Assembly: GCA_009781625.1 (NCBI GenBank)
Contig: WQVI01000003.1
Coordinates: 1 to 44,327 of the forward strand
DNA length: 44,327 nt
Direction of reading: 5' to 3'
From: Defluviitaleaceae bacterium
GTDB lineage: Bacteria; Bacillota; Clostridia; Lachnospirales; WRAX01
Part shown: in pieces, positions 9,416 through 19,620 of the stretch
How positions within the stretch are numbered: the first letter of the stretch is position 1
How the letters are laid out: every line of letters begins with the position of its first letter
Program-made: the position numbers and the translations under genes
Notes under the pieces: model-generated
What the model was told of the DNA's origin: nothing
What the model saw: the letters and a program-made list of their open reading frames with translations, nothing else
Database searches by the model: none

Positions 9416-9763
9416 ATGAAAAATCGAATGATTAGAATAAACGATGAAATTAAAAAAGAATTGTCGGAAATTCTGCGTTCGGGCCTAAAGGACCCGCGCA
9501 TGGTGTCCATGGCGTCTGTTGTGCGCGTGGACACCAGCGCGGATTTAAAGCATTGTAAGGCGTACATTAGTGTTCTGGGCGATGAAACCGCCAGCCAAAG
9601 CTGCATGGATGCCATAAACAGCGCAAAGGGCCACATCAAAAGCCAAATTGCAGCTGCGTTGCAGCTGCGCCAAACGCCGGACTTTAAATTTATTTTGGAT
9701 GATTCTTTGGACTACAGCTTTAAAATTAACAAGATGTTGGATGATGTAACGAAGGGCGATTAA
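9416..9763 (+). CDS. rbfA: Ribosome-binding factor A
   Basis: LKDPR, SADLKHCKAYIS, LRQTPDFKFILDDS; follows infB. Confidence 0.96.
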   Translation: MKNRMIRINDEIKKELSEILRSGLKDPRMVSMASVVRVDTSADLKHCKAYISVLGDETASQSCMDAINSAKGHIKSQIAAALQLRQTPDFKFILDDSLDYSFKINKMLDDVTKGD

Positions 9764-9807
9764 GCACTTCGTTACATCTTTGAAATGCTGAAAAGGGGGA
9801 TTTTGCA

Positions 9808-10296
9808 ATGAAAACAGTATGTCATATTTGTAAATTTAAGATGGATGATGCTTTTGACAATTGTCCGCAATGTGGCACTAATCTTGCAGATGCAAACGCA
9901 GAAAGATTTATTTTATCCATAGCGGCTGACCAACATGAAACCCTGGAAGAACTGGGCGTAAATGTGATGCTTACCCTGACGGATAAGCGTATCATTATGG
10001 TTAACGCCGAAAAAGAAGAGGGTAGCGGACCAGTTAGAGGCGGAATTGCCGGGGCTTTTATTCATGGTGCCATCGAAGGGTATAAGGCCGCCGTTGATGG
10101 CAAGGCTTTGAAGCTAAGGGCTATCACATCCATACAGTTAAGCGATATTGCCTCTTTAACCGTGGAAGAATCAGGATTTTTAAAGAGATTTAGGCTGTTT
10201 ACAATAACTGATAAAGATGGCAAAATATATTACACGGCCTTTGGCAAAAAAGCCGCACCGGAATGGGAAAGTGAAATTAGAAAAAGGATTGGCTAG
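9808..10296 (+). CDS. Hypothetical protein, N-terminal zinc ribbon and PH-like domain
   Basis: CxxC-x9-CxxC, LTLTDKRII strand, Gly-zipper GGIAGAFIHG; RBS present. Confidence 0.7.
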   Translation: MKTVCHICKFKMDDAFDNCPQCGTNLADANAERFILSIAADQHETLEELGVNVMLTLTDKRIIMVNAEKEEGSGPVRGGIAGAFIHGAIEGYKAAVDGKALKLRAITSIQLSDIASLTVEESGFLKRFRLFTITDKDGKIYYTAFGKKAAPEWESEIRKRIG

Positions 10297-10306
10297 GAGG
10301 AAACAC

Positions 10307-11269
10307 GTGTTTTCAAGACAAGAAGCCTGGGATAATATGACACAAAATGGCGAAAACATCGTCATTGCAACCCATCATTCGCCTGATGGGGATGCGTTGG
10401 GCTCTGCCTTTGGCACGGCGTTGGCCCTGCATTATGCGGGTAAAAAGCCCGTAGTGCTGCTGGACGAGCATTCTGCCAAATTTAATTTCCTTCCGGGTCG
10501 AGAATTTATCTATGATGGCGATATTGCAGACCTTGCCTGTGATGTCTTTATTGCCGTGGATTGCGGCGATAAAGGGCGCGTCAGCATGGCAGAGGATTTG
10601 CTTGGCCGCGCGCCTGTCACCATAAACATTGACCATCACGTGAATAACGATGGATTTGCGCAGCACAATTATATTGATGCCGTGGCATCATCCACCTGTG
10701 AGGTTATTTGGGACATCATAAAAACCCGCATTTCTATCACAAAGGAAATTGCGACAGTCCTTTACACAGGTATTTGCACTGATACGGGGGGCTTTCGACA
10801 TTCGGCCACTTCGCCCAAAACCATGGCGGCGGTGGCACTTTTGATGGGCGCAGGCATAGATATATCTGACATACAGCGCAGGGCGATGTATTCGCATTCT
10901 AAAGTTGAGGCGAAAATATTTGCCACAGCCATCCAAAAAATGCAATTTATGGAAGAGCATCCTGTTGCCTATACTGTTCTGACGCAAAAGGACTTGAATG
11001 ATGTGGGTGCCGTATATTCCGACTTAGACGGTATTGCCTCATATATTCTGGACACCGAAGGCATTGAAGTTTCCGTCTTTTTTACCGAGAGAACCCATGG
11101 CAAAGTAAAAGCATCCTTCCGCTCTAACAGTCTCGACGTTAGGGAAATAGCCGAGAATTTTGGCGGCGGCGGCCATAAATTTGCCGCATCGGGCAGCTTT
11201 GTGGCTGAAGTAGAAGAGGGCGTTCGGTTGGTGCTGGACGCTGTAAAGGTGGCGTTAGAAAACCAATGA
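10307..11269 (+). CDS. nrnA: DHH family oligoribonuclease/PAP phosphatase NrnA
   Basis: HxxPDGDAxGS, IDHH, DTGxF, GGGGH; GTG start after AGGAGG. Confidence 0.93.
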   Translation: MFSRQEAWDNMTQNGENIVIATHHSPDGDALGSAFGTALALHYAGKKPVVLLDEHSAKFNFLPGREFIYDGDIADLACDVFIAVDCGDKGRVSMAEDLLGRAPVTINIDHHVNNDGFAQHNYIDAVASSTCEVIWDIIKTRISITKEIATVLYTGICTDTGGFRHSATSPKTMAAVALLMGAGIDISDIQRRAMYSHSKVEAKIFATAIQKMQFMEEHPVAYTVLTQKDLNDVGAVYSDLDGIASYILDTEGIEVSVFFTERTHGKVKASFRSNSLDVREIAENFGGGGHKFAASGSFVAEVEEGVRLVLDAVKVALENQ

Positions 11270-12156
11270 ATGGCATAGTAAATATATACAAAGAAAAAGG
11301 ATTTACATCCCACGATGTTGTGAGCATTGTCAAAAGATTGACGAAGCACAAGGCGGGGCACACAGGCACATTAGACCCTGATGCTGAAGGTGTGTTGCCT
11401 GTTTGTATTGGCCGTGCAACAAAAATTTCAGATTACATTATGGCTGAGAATAAAGAGTACATAGCCGATGTTATGCTAGGCATTGCAACTGATACACAGG
11501 ACAGCACCGGAGAAACCTTGATACAAAAACCATTTTTGGGAGATTTGTCGAAGATTGATAGCGTAATTCAAAGTTTTATTGGGCAGATTACACAAATACC
11601 GCCTATGTATTCTGCTTTAAAAATTGATGGCAAGAAACTGTACGAATATGCGCGGGAAGGCAAAGAGATAGAACGCAAATCTCGTAGCATTACCATCCAT
11701 GGTATTGAAATATTGTCGGAAGATTTGCCAATATCTTTCAAAATTCGTGCAAACTGCTCTAAAGGTACATACATCCGCACCCTTTGTGCTGATATTGGCG
11801 AGGCTTTGGGCTCTGTAGCTCATATGGGGTATTTGATGCGCACAAAAAGCGGCAGTTTTCATGTAGAGGATACCATAAAAGTGAATGACCTGAAAAAAAT
11901 CGCTGAAAAAGGCGAACTTGGCAAAGTTATTATGCCTATAGAAAATGTTTTGGACTATATGCCAAGAATTACTATATCTCAGGATGCTGATAGATGGATG
12001 AGAAACGGCAATAAAATTCCTGTAGGCTATGTAAATGCACCAGCTAGCCTGTCTCACGGCGGGGAATACTTGGCCTATGATGCGGTGGGTGGCCTGGCCG
12101 GCATATATGTGATGGCTGATGACGATTTTATAAAGCCCAAGGTGATGCTGCTATGA
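11266..12156 (+). CDS. truB: tRNA pseudouridine(55) synthase
   Basis: GHTGTLDP, PPMYSALK, CSKGTYIR. Confidence 0.98.
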   Translation: MNGIVNIYKEKGFTSHDVVSIVKRLTKHKAGHTGTLDPDAEGVLPVCIGRATKISDYIMAENKEYIADVMLGIATDTQDSTGETLIQKPFLGDLSKIDSVIQSFIGQITQIPPMYSALKIDGKKLYEYAREGKEIERKSRSITIHGIEILSEDLPISFKIRANCSKGTYIRTLCADIGEALGSVAHMGYLMRTKSGSFHVEDTIKVNDLKKIAEKGELGKVIMPIENVLDYMPRITISQDADRWMRNGNKIPVGYVNAPASLSHGGEYLAYDAVGGLAGIYVMADDDFIKPKVMLL

Positions 12157-12938
12157 AGCATGTTTTTGGTGAAAACATAAAAATTGGTAAAGATTTGGCC
12201 ATAGCCATTGGAAAGTTTGATGGACTTCATAAAGGGCATATGGCTTTGATTTCTAAGCTTAAAGAAGTAGCAAAAAAACAGAGGATTGTCTCTGCTGTGT
12301 TATCCTTTTCGCCGCATCCTGCTGCTGTACTTGGCGGAGCGGATATCCCCCTTATCCTTTCTCCCCAAGAGAAGCTTCATCTTCTTAGTAAGCTGAGTCT
12401 GGACTATTTTATCGAATATCCTTTTACGCGTGAATTTGCGCAAATATCACCTGATGATTTTTTGAAAAATATTGCTGTTGAGCAATTGAAAGGTAAAGCC
12501 CTGGTTGTAGGTGAAAATTTTCGTTTTGGTCACGACGGAGCGGGAGATGTTGCGCTTGCTAAAAGGCTGAGCGCCTCATTAGGTCTGCAAGTGCATACCA
12601 TGCCCCTTGTTTCACAGGGCACTGCTGAAATCAGCGCAAATAGCATTCGCTGTGCCATTGCTAATAAGGATTTTCACGCTGTAAAAAACATGTGCGGCAG
12701 AGATTTTTTCTTTATAGGTGAAATTGCCTATATTCCGCAGAAAAACAAGCTTTTACCGCCATATGGCGAATATATCACCAGGACATATGTGGATGATATG
12801 CCCTACGAAAGCATCACAACCGTTGGCCCCGATGTCGTAGAAACTCATCTGCTTAACTATAACAGCGACCTTTATGGATGTGCCCTGCGTGTAGAATTTC
12901 TTGATTCTTACTCATCGTCGTCATCAAAGTCATGGTGA
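12153..12938 (+). CDS. ribF: FAD synthetase (FMN adenylyltransferase) with degenerate riboflavin kinase domain
   Basis: GxFDGLHxGH, VGENFRFG intact; kinase PTAN motif and C-terminal helix not present. Confidence 0.85.
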   Translation: MKHVFGENIKIGKDLAIAIGKFDGLHKGHMALISKLKEVAKKQRIVSAVLSFSPHPAAVLGGADIPLILSPQEKLHLLSKLSLDYFIEYPFTREFAQISPDDFLKNIAVEQLKGKALVVGENFRFGHDGAGDVALAKRLSASLGLQVHTMPLVSQGTAEISANSIRCAIANKDFHAVKNMCGRDFFFIGEIAYIPQKNKLLPPYGEYITRTYVDDMPYESITTVGPDVVETHLLNYNSDLYGCALRVEFLDSYSSSSSKSW

Positions 12939-13357
12939 TGGTCGTGGTCATGGTCTGATGGTGGTACAAGCCCATCCAAAGTGATACCCTTTTTCTGGGA
13001 ATAATCCCATAGCGCGGCGCGCACAGCATCTTCCGCTAAAAGAGAGCAATGCACCTTTACAGGCGGCAGGCCGTCCAAAGCCTCTGTTACGGCCTGGTTT
13101 GTAAAACCTATGGCCTCATCAATGGTTTTACCCATAACAAGCTCTGTTGCGATAGAAGAGGTTGCGATGGCGGCCCCACAGCCAAAGGTTTTAAATTTGG
13201 CATCGCGGATAACACCCTCATCATCAATATCCAGATATATCTTCATAATGTCGCCGCATTTTGCATTGCCCACGGTGCCAACGCCGCTGGCGTTTTCAAT
13301 TTCGCCCATATTGCGCGGGTTCATAAAATAATCCATAACTTTTTCGCTATATTGCAT
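12908..13357 (-). CDS. iscU: Fe-S cluster scaffold IscU/NifU
   Basis: NPRN, CGD, FKTFGC, LPPVKVHCS. Confidence 0.96.
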   Translation of the reverse strand: MQYSEKVMDYFMNPRNMGEIENASGVGTVGNAKCGDIMKIYLDIDDEGVIRDAKFKTFGCGAAIATSSIATELVMGKTIDEAIGFTNQAVTEALDGLPPVKVHCSLLAEDAVRAALWDYSQKKGITLDGLVPPSDHDHDHHHDFDDDDE

Positions 13358-13375
13358 AAAAACCTCTCCTTTACA

Positions 13376-13399
13376 CGGGCGAACACAGTTCGCCCCTAC
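13376..13399 (-). repeat. GTAG-family REP, single copy
   Basis: GTAGGGGCGAACTGTGTTCGCCCG: GTAG followed by a 7-bp-stem palindrome. Confidence 0.75.
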
Positions 13400-14631
13400 T
13401 TGTATCCCAAAAGTTTATCTATATTTCCGGTTTTTTGAAATTCTTCCCACAATGGTGACATAGAGCGAAGCCTTTCGACTATTTGCGGCAGGATTTCGGC
13501 AAGCTTGTCCAAGTCATCCTTGGTGGTTTCTCTGCCGAAGGATAGGCGCAGAGAACCGTGAGCAAGCTCATGGCGCAGACCCGAGGCTATAAGTACATGG
13601 GAAGGGTCTAATGACCCTGACGTACAGGCAGAGCCGCTTGACGCGCTAATGCCCTTTGCGTCCAGCAGCAAAAGCATACCTTCACCTTCGATAAATTCGA
13701 AGGTGATGTTTACATTGCCTGGAAGACGCTTTGTAGGGTGTCCGTTGAGATGGCTATATGGTATTGCTTTTGTGATTTTGTCAATGAAGTCATCGCGCAT
13801 TTTTGTGTGGCGCGCGGCTTCGGCATCAAGTTCTGCCACGGCCAGATGGGCTGCTGCACCCATGCCCACAATGCCAGCTACATTTTCCGTACCGCCGCGG
13901 CGACCGCGTTCTTGCCCGCCGCCGTGGATAAGGGGCGGCAGCTTTACGCCTCGCCGCACATACAAAGCACCCATTCCCTTTGGTCCATAAAGCTTGTGGG
14001 CGGACATGGAAAGCAAGTCCATCCCCAGTGCGTCGACATTTACAGGGATGTGGCCCACGGCCTGTATGGCGTCCGTGTGGAAGAAAATTTTGTTTTCTCT
14101 GCCCCGGGTGGCGTTTACCTCTTTAAGATGTGCGCCAATTTCTTCAAGGGGCATTATGGTGCCAACCTCGTTGTTGGCCATCATAACAGTAACCAGTATA
14201 GTTTCTGGGCGGATAGCGGCGGCAAGGTCTGCCGTGCTTATCATTCCAAATTTATCAACAGGCAAAAATGTTACATCAAAGCCGATTTTTTCAAGGTATT
14301 GGCAGGTATACAACACCGCGTGATGCTCTACTGCACTGGTAATAATGTGATTGCCTCTATCGCGATTAGCTTCCGCAATGACTTTTATGGCCCAATTAAC
14401 AGATTCTGACCCGCTGCCTGTAAAATAAATTTCATTACCGCGGGAGGCACCGATGATGGCGGCAATTTTCTCTCTCGCCTCGTCCATGGCCACTTTGGCG
14501 GAAGTTGCAGCAGAATATATGCTGGAAGGGTTGGAGAAATTGCCCGTCAGAAATGGCATCATGGCATCCAGCACTTCGGGTCGTATTGCAGTTGTTGCGG
14601 CATTATCAAGATAAATTGTGTTTTGCTTCAT
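13396..14631 (-). CDS. iscS: Cysteine desulfurase IscS/NifS
   Basis: YLDNAATT, SAHKLYGPKG (PLP Lys), SSGSACTS (catalytic Cys). Confidence 0.97.
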   Translation of the reverse strand: MKQNTIYLDNAATTAIRPEVLDAMMPFLTGNFSNPSSIYSAATSAKVAMDEAREKIAAIIGASRGNEIYFTGSGSESVNWAIKVIAEANRDRGNHIITSAVEHHAVLYTCQYLEKIGFDVTFLPVDKFGMISTADLAAAIRPETILVTVMMANNEVGTIMPLEEIGAHLKEVNATRGRENKIFFHTDAIQAVGHIPVNVDALGMDLLSMSAHKLYGPKGMGALYVRRGVKLPPLIHGGGQERGRRGGTENVAGIVGMGAAAHLAVAELDAEAARHTKMRDDFIDKITKAIPYSHLNGHPTKRLPGNVNITFEFIEGEGMLLLLDAKGISASSGSACTSGSLDPSHVLIASGLRHELAHGSLRLSFGRETTKDDLDKLAEILPQIVERLRSMSPLWEEFQKTGNIDKLLGYK

Positions 14632-14634
14632 TTC

Positions 14635-15090
14635 TTATGTCCCTTTCTGTTTTAGGTCGGAAAGTTTATCAAAATCCTGTGCAAGTTCTGCAATTGTGAT
14701 AGAATCTATTACTTCATTTATTTTTTCTGTAATTTTGTGCCAAGAGGCTTTCATAACGCAAAGGTCGCAATCAACCTGCCCGCAGACATTTGTGCCGTCA
14801 ATGACGCAGTCCACAGGCACTATCGGCCCTTCCAAAATGCGTAACACTTCGCCTGCTGTAAGTTCTTCCGCAGACTTTGCCAAATAGTATCCCCCATTTG
14901 CGCCACGGATAGAATTAACAATCCTTGCCTTTTTCAGGGGAGATATAATTTGCTCCAGATAGTTTTCAGATATGCCCTGCCTTTCGGCAATGCTTTTGAT
15001 GCTGATACATTTTTCGCCGCGCTTTTGCATTGCGTAAGCGATATCTACAACAGCCTTTAGGCCATAGCGGCCTTTGGTTGAGATTTTCAT
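14635..15090 (-). CDS. Rrf2 family regulator (IscR-like)
   Basis: MKISTKGRYG, YLEQI, RGANGGY, C-terminal Cys cluster; heads iscSU. Confidence 0.93.
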   Translation of the reverse strand: MKISTKGRYGLKAVVDIAYAMQKRGEKCISIKSIAERQGISENYLEQIISPLKKARIVNSIRGANGGYYLAKSAEELTAGEVLRILEGPIVPVDCVIDGTNVCGQVDCDLCVMKASWHKITEKINEVIDSITIAELAQDFDKLSDLKQKGT

Positions 15091-15120
15091 AAGACAACAC
15101 CCCTTAATTGGAGTTAAACA

Positions 15121-15143
15121 ATTCCTATCACAATTCTAGGAAT
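15121..15143. promoter_or_regulatory. Probable Rrf2 (IscR/CymR-type) operator
   Basis: Palindrome ATTCCTA-N9-TAGGAAT 30 nt upstream of the Rrf2 start. Confidence 0.6.
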
Positions 15144-15159
15144 TAATATATTCATAATA

Positions 15160-16599
15160 TCAGCTTTCTATTCCTGTGTCAAGAGATTTTTGCCTTTTAT
15201 TTAAAATTTTATATTCGCGTATAATCATGCTGCCTGTTATCAGCAGGGCGATGGTGTCTGACACTGGCATTGCAAACCAAATGCCGTCAAAGCCGAAGAT
15301 GCGCGGCAGGATGAAATATGCTGGGATAAGCAGAAGGCCTTGGCGCAGCACTGACAAAAACACCGAGATCTTTGCGCGGCCAATAGATTGGAAGAAATTG
15401 GCGGTGTTCATTTGAAAGCCCATAAGAGGCATGGTGAAAAGTATGATGCGCATACCCACGGTACCAATTTCGTTTAAAGCGGGGTCGTTGCTAAAAAGGG
15501 ACATCAGTTGCGCTGAAAACAGCTGAACGACAATGAAGCCCACAAGACAAAACGCCAGCGAATACAGCGCAGAATATTTAAAAGCCTGCTTCACCCTTGA
15601 TATGTTTCCGGCGCCATAATTAAAGCCAATGATGGGCTGTGCGCCCTGGTTTATGCCGAAAACAGGCATAAGGAAAAGCATGGAGATACTGAGGATGACG
15701 GTGAAGGCACCCACGGCGTGGTCTGCATCGCCAAAGGCAATGGCTCCGTAATATAGTAGCGAGCGGTTTGCAACGATAGTGATAACAGATCCCAAAAACT
15801 GCATGAAAAACGGCGATATGCCTATGGCAAAAATTGATAAAATTATCTTTAACGAGGGCTTCATGTTTTTTAGCTTTATGGTAACAACCGGCCTGCCCGA
15901 GACATTTGTAAAGTAGTATGCAAACACCCACATGGCAGAGATGGATTGTGCTATCAGCGTGGAAATGGCGGCACCTGCGATGCCAAGGCCAAGCCATAGG
16001 ATAAAAATAGGGCTTAAAATGATGTTGGATATGGCCCCCAAAAGCTGTGCCGATGCAAAACGCCTGGGGTTGCCCATGGCGCGGATGGGGTGGTTCATGG
16101 CAAAGGACAAAAACATCACAATACAGCCGGCCATCATGATACGTGTGTATGTAAGGGCGAAGGGCAGTGTGGCCTCGCTTGCGCCCACGGCGATAAGCAG
16201 GGGCTCTAGGAAAAACAGGCCTATGATGGACAGGATGACGGGGAAAGTTAAATTAAGCACCAGGGCATTGCCTATTACGCGCTCTGCGGCTTCCCTGTTT
16301 CTGTTGCCAAGATGCAAGGAAATGTTGGCGGCTGTGCCTATGCCCACAAGCAAAGCAAAAGCCCCTATGATGTTGAGGATAGGGGCCGCGAGGCCAATGC
16401 CTGTTAAGGCATCTGTGCCCACGCCGGGTATCTGCCCGATGAAAAAGCGGTCCACCACAACATAAAGGGCGTTTACCAACATACCAATTATTGTAGGTAT
16501 GGAATAATATAGCACCAGCCTGGGTATGCCGCTGGTGGCCAGCTTTTTTTCTTGCGGTGTAAGCTCTTTTATAATTTTGTCGTCATTTGGCGTCTCCAA
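15160..16599 (-). CDS. MATE family efflux transporter (MepA-like)
   Basis: [25 protein letters not shown], ~12 TM segments. Confidence 0.92.
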   Translation of the reverse strand: METPNDDKIIKELTPQEKKLATSGIPRLVLYYSIPTIIGMLVNALYVVVDRFFIGQIPGVGTDALTGIGLAAPILNIIGAFALLVGIGTAANISLHLGNRNREAAERVIGNALVLNLTFPVILSIIGLFFLEPLLIAVGASEATLPFALTYTRIMMAGCIVMFLSFAMNHPIRAMGNPRRFASAQLLGAISNIILSPIFILWLGLGIAGAAISTLIAQSISAMWVFAYYFTNVSGRPVVTIKLKNMKPSLKIILSIFAIGISPFFMQFLGSVITIVANRSLLYYGAIAFGDADHAVGAFTVILSISMLFLMPVFGINQGAQPIIGFNYGAGNISRVKQAFKYSALYSLAFCLVGFIVVQLFSAQLMSLFSNDPALNEIGTVGMRIILFTMPLMGFQMNTANFFQSIGRAKISVFLSVLRQGLLLIPAYFILPRIFGFDGIWFAMPVSDTIALLITGSMIIREYKILNKRQKSLDTGIES

Positions 16600-16625
16600 G
16601 ATGAAATGGCCCCCATTCTAGCTAT

Positions 16626-18260
16626 TTACCTCATTGCGAGTATAGTATCCACAAATTCTGAATTTTTGCTGGTTTTGGCCAGCATATCCGTTACTTGCTC
16701 GTTAAATTCTTGCGTGGAAACATTGCCCATCCGGCGTCGTAGTGAGAACAGTGCATCCAGCTCGCGCTGGCCCAAAAGCATCTCTTCGCGGCGTGTGCCG
16801 GACTTGTTGATGTCGATAGCGGGGAAGATGCGCTTTTCGGATAGGCGGCGGTCCAAAACAAGCTCCATATTACCCGTGCCTTTAAATTCCTCAAAGATAA
16901 CATCGTCCATCTTGCTGCCTGTGTCCACCAAAGCCGTGGCCAAAATTGTAAGAGACCCACCATTTTCAATATTTCTGGCGGCACCAAAAAACTTTTTGGG
17001 CATGTAAAGGGCGGCTGGGTCCAAACCGCCTGAAAGCGTACGCCCACCCGCCGGTATCGTAAGGTTATACGCACGCGCCAAACGCGTGATAGAATCCAGC
17101 AAAACAACCGCATTCTTACCTTGCTCTACAAGCCTTTTGGCTCTCTCCAGCACAATTTCCGCAACCCTTTTGTGATGCTCTGGCTGCTCATCAAAAGTGG
17201 AAAATACAACGTCTGCCCTGTCGCCTGCGATAGAACGTTGCATATCCGTAACTTCCTCAGGCCTTTCGTCAATAAGCAATACAATAAGATGTACATCTTT
17301 ATGGTTTGCTAAGATTGCATTAGCAACTTTCTTCAACAGCACTGTCTTGCCGGCCTTTGGCGGCGAAACCACCATGCCGCGCTGGCCAAGGCCAATGGGT
17401 GCCACCAAATCTATTAGCCTTGTAGCCAGATCTTTGGAAGAAACCTCAAGTGAAAGCCGTTTCTCGGGAAAAATGGGTGTTAGGTCTTCAAAATTAGGCC
17501 TTCGCTGGGCGGCATAAGAATCGTCTCCATTCACGCCGCTGACATAAAGCAAGGCCTTAAATTTTTCATTTTCCTTGGGTATGCGGATATTGCCTCTCAC
17601 AAAGTCGCCGGTTTTCAGGTTAAAGCGTCGTATCTGGGCGGGCGACACATAAATGTCGTTAGGGCCGGGCATATAATTGTCCACGCGCAAAAAACCGTAT
17701 CCATCGCCTAAAATCTCCAAAATACCCATGCGCTCTATGCCGCTGTCCAATTGCACTAAATAATCCGCTTTATGCTGGCCCTTTGGTGCCGCTTCTTCTT
17801 GCTTTACCCTTGGTGCTACCTCTTCAACTTTAACTTCCTGCACGACGAGATCCGGCTCTGTTTTAACTTCCTGCACTACCTCTTCCTTCTTCTCTTGTGG
17901 AAGTTCCTGAAGAGGCTCTTGAAGAGGTTCCTGAGGAAGCTCGATGGTTACATTTACTTCCACCTTAACATCTTGCTTCTCCATTATAATTTGCGCAAGC
18001 TCTTTTTTTCTGTAGCGCCCGATGTTTTTCATGCCAAGGCCCTGCGCTATTTCACGCAGCTGTGGCAATGGAAGCTTTGAAAGATCTTCGCTATCTTTGG
18101 GCTTCTCTTCCTTAATATTTACATTGCTTTCCGCTTCTTTTTCCGCAACAAGCTTTTCTAATTCTGCCTTGCGATGCTTCATAAAGCCCTTGATACCAAG
18201 CTTTTTTGCGCTCTCTCGGATATCTGCCAATGAAAGGCCCTTAATTTCTGAATTTTCCAA
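16626..18260 (-). CDS. rho: Transcription termination factor Rho
   Basis: [34 protein letters not shown]. Confidence 0.99.
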   Translation of the reverse strand: MENSEIKGLSLADIRESAKKLGIKGFMKHRKAELEKLVAEKEAESNVNIKEEKPKDSEDLSKLPLPQLREIAQGLGMKNIGRYRKKELAQIIMEKQDVKVEVNVTIELPQEPLQEPLQELPQEKKEEVVQEVKTEPDLVVQEVKVEEVAPRVKQEEAAPKGQHKADYLVQLDSGIERMGILEILGDGYGFLRVDNYMPGPNDIYVSPAQIRRFNLKTGDFVRGNIRIPKENEKFKALLYVSGVNGDDSYAAQRRPNFEDLTPIFPEKRLSLEVSSKDLATRLIDLVAPIGLGQRGMVVSPPKAGKTVLLKKVANAILANHKDVHLIVLLIDERPEEVTDMQRSIAGDRADVVFSTFDEQPEHHKRVAEIVLERAKRLVEQGKNAVVLLDSITRLARAYNLTIPAGGRTLSGGLDPAALYMPKKFFGAARNIENGGSLTILATALVDTGSKMDDVIFEEFKGTGNMELVLDRRLSEKRIFPAIDINKSGTRREEMLLGQRELDALFSLRRRMGNVSTQEFNEQVTDMLAKTSKNSEFVDTILAMR

Positions 18261-18325
18261 ATGGATGCCCTCCTAAAGTAATTATATTGTCGTTTGATAG
18301 GTTTGGATTGGTGTAAAAACAGCCC

Positions 18326-18488
18326 AGGGCCTGCTCCCACTATAAGAAAATGCAGATTTGTGAGGCGATTTTTCGCCAATCAAGGAGCTGAGGACGACGC
18401 GTGCCTAAAGGCACGTTAGGACGAAGCGACACAGAGTGGCGGAAATATCGACCGCAAATGTGCGTTTTCGTTAGTGGGAGCAGGCCCT
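18326..18488. mobile_element. 163-bp MITE, copy 1
   Basis: Perfect 17-bp TIR agggcctgctcccacta/tagtgggagcaggccct; shares a ~50-bp identical block with copy 2. Confidence 0.8.
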
Positions 18489-18507
18489 AGATAAGGTACG
18501 ATAAACA

Positions 18508-18539
18508 CAGTGATTTAACTTTGGCAAGTTAAATCACTG
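18508..18539. terminator. Hairpin downstream of the LysM gene (terminator or operator)
   Basis: cagtgatttaact-ttggca-agttaaatcactg 13-bp perfect stem. Confidence 0.55.
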
Positions 18540-18574
18540 GATAATAGAATGTCGAAAAATAGATTTTAATTGAA

Positions 18575-19597
18575 TTAATCGGGTATAATAAGTATCATTC
18601 CTGGATGAATATTGTCAGATTCTGACATATTATTTGCATCAAGTATATCTGCAAAGCGCAAACCATTTCCGTAAATTCTCGCGGCTATGGCCCAAAGGCT
18701 ATCGCCTTCTTGTACGGTATAAATACGGTTGCCCGCAGTATTAATGGTGGTGTGAGGCAAATCTCCCGGTGTTCCTGGGGTTGTGGTTGTGGTGGTTGTG
18801 ATAGGCGCATCGGTTGTGCCGTTAGCATCTGCATCGTCTGATGTATCACCACCGTTAGCATCGTCGTCGTTGCCTTCAACATCATCACCTGCGCCCTGTA
18901 AAAGCGTCAAAGAGCTCTGCAAGTTGTAGTTGTCTGACCTGGCCTGGCTAAGTTGGCTGTAAAGGCCTTCGTTTGCAATGCGAGCCGACCCAAGCTCTAT
19001 TTCAAGCTCGGAAATGCGGCCTTCTGCTGCGGACAGGCTTGACCTTGCGGAAATTATCTGCCATGTTAGCACGGCGCACACAATCAAGACCAAAAAGCCG
19101 GCCAAAGCGGCCAAATTTCTTATATTTAGCTGGCGTCGTGCAGGCTGATTTCTCATAGATAAATCTTCCTCTTCTTCAAAACGGCTTCCTGTAACATATT
19201 CTTCAAATCTTACAGGGGTAGGCGTGGGCGCACCAAGCTTTTTGTCTCTGTCCATCATTGCGCGCTCTCTGTTGGCACGTGCCTTTTCTTGATCCATGCG
19301 GTTGGCTTTCTCTGCAGTGCGGATATATTTTGCGTATTCCTCATCGGGGTCGGCTTCACGCTTAAAAGAGGTAGGCGGCCCTGCTTCGTGTGTAGATACG
19401 GGATGAGGAGTGTAGTCATCATCATCCTCTTCTTCATCATACCCTTCATCGCCTTCATCGTCAAAAAGACTTTCCACAGCGCGCTTTGAAAAGCCTTCCA
19501 TATTGCCGTATATCTCTTCAAAGCCCCCTCTTATTTCATCCATAGCATCGCCTTCAGGATATCCATCAGGCAAGCCTTGCTTCGGATCGTCACTCAA
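18575..19597 (-). CDS. Membrane-anchored LysM peptidoglycan-binding protein
   Basis: Acidic N-terminus, one TM, coiled coil, Thr-rich linker, YTVQEGDSLWAIA...IHPGMILIIP. Confidence 0.88.
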   Translation of the reverse strand: MSDDPKQGLPDGYPEGDAMDEIRGGFEEIYGNMEGFSKRAVESLFDDEGDEGYDEEEDDDDYTPHPVSTHEAGPPTSFKREADPDEEYAKYIRTAEKANRMDQEKARANRERAMMDRDKKLGAPTPTPVRFEEYVTGSRFEEEEDLSMRNQPARRQLNIRNLAALAGFLVLIVCAVLTWQIISARSSLSAAEGRISELEIELGSARIANEGLYSQLSQARSDNYNLQSSLTLLQGAGDDVEGNDDDANGGDTSDDADANGTTDAPITTTTTTTPGTPGDLPHTTINTAGNRIYTVQEGDSLWAIAARIYGNGLRFADILDANNMSESDNIHPGMILIIPD

Positions 19598-19620
19598 AAT
19601 ATCACCCCATCTGGAGAACT

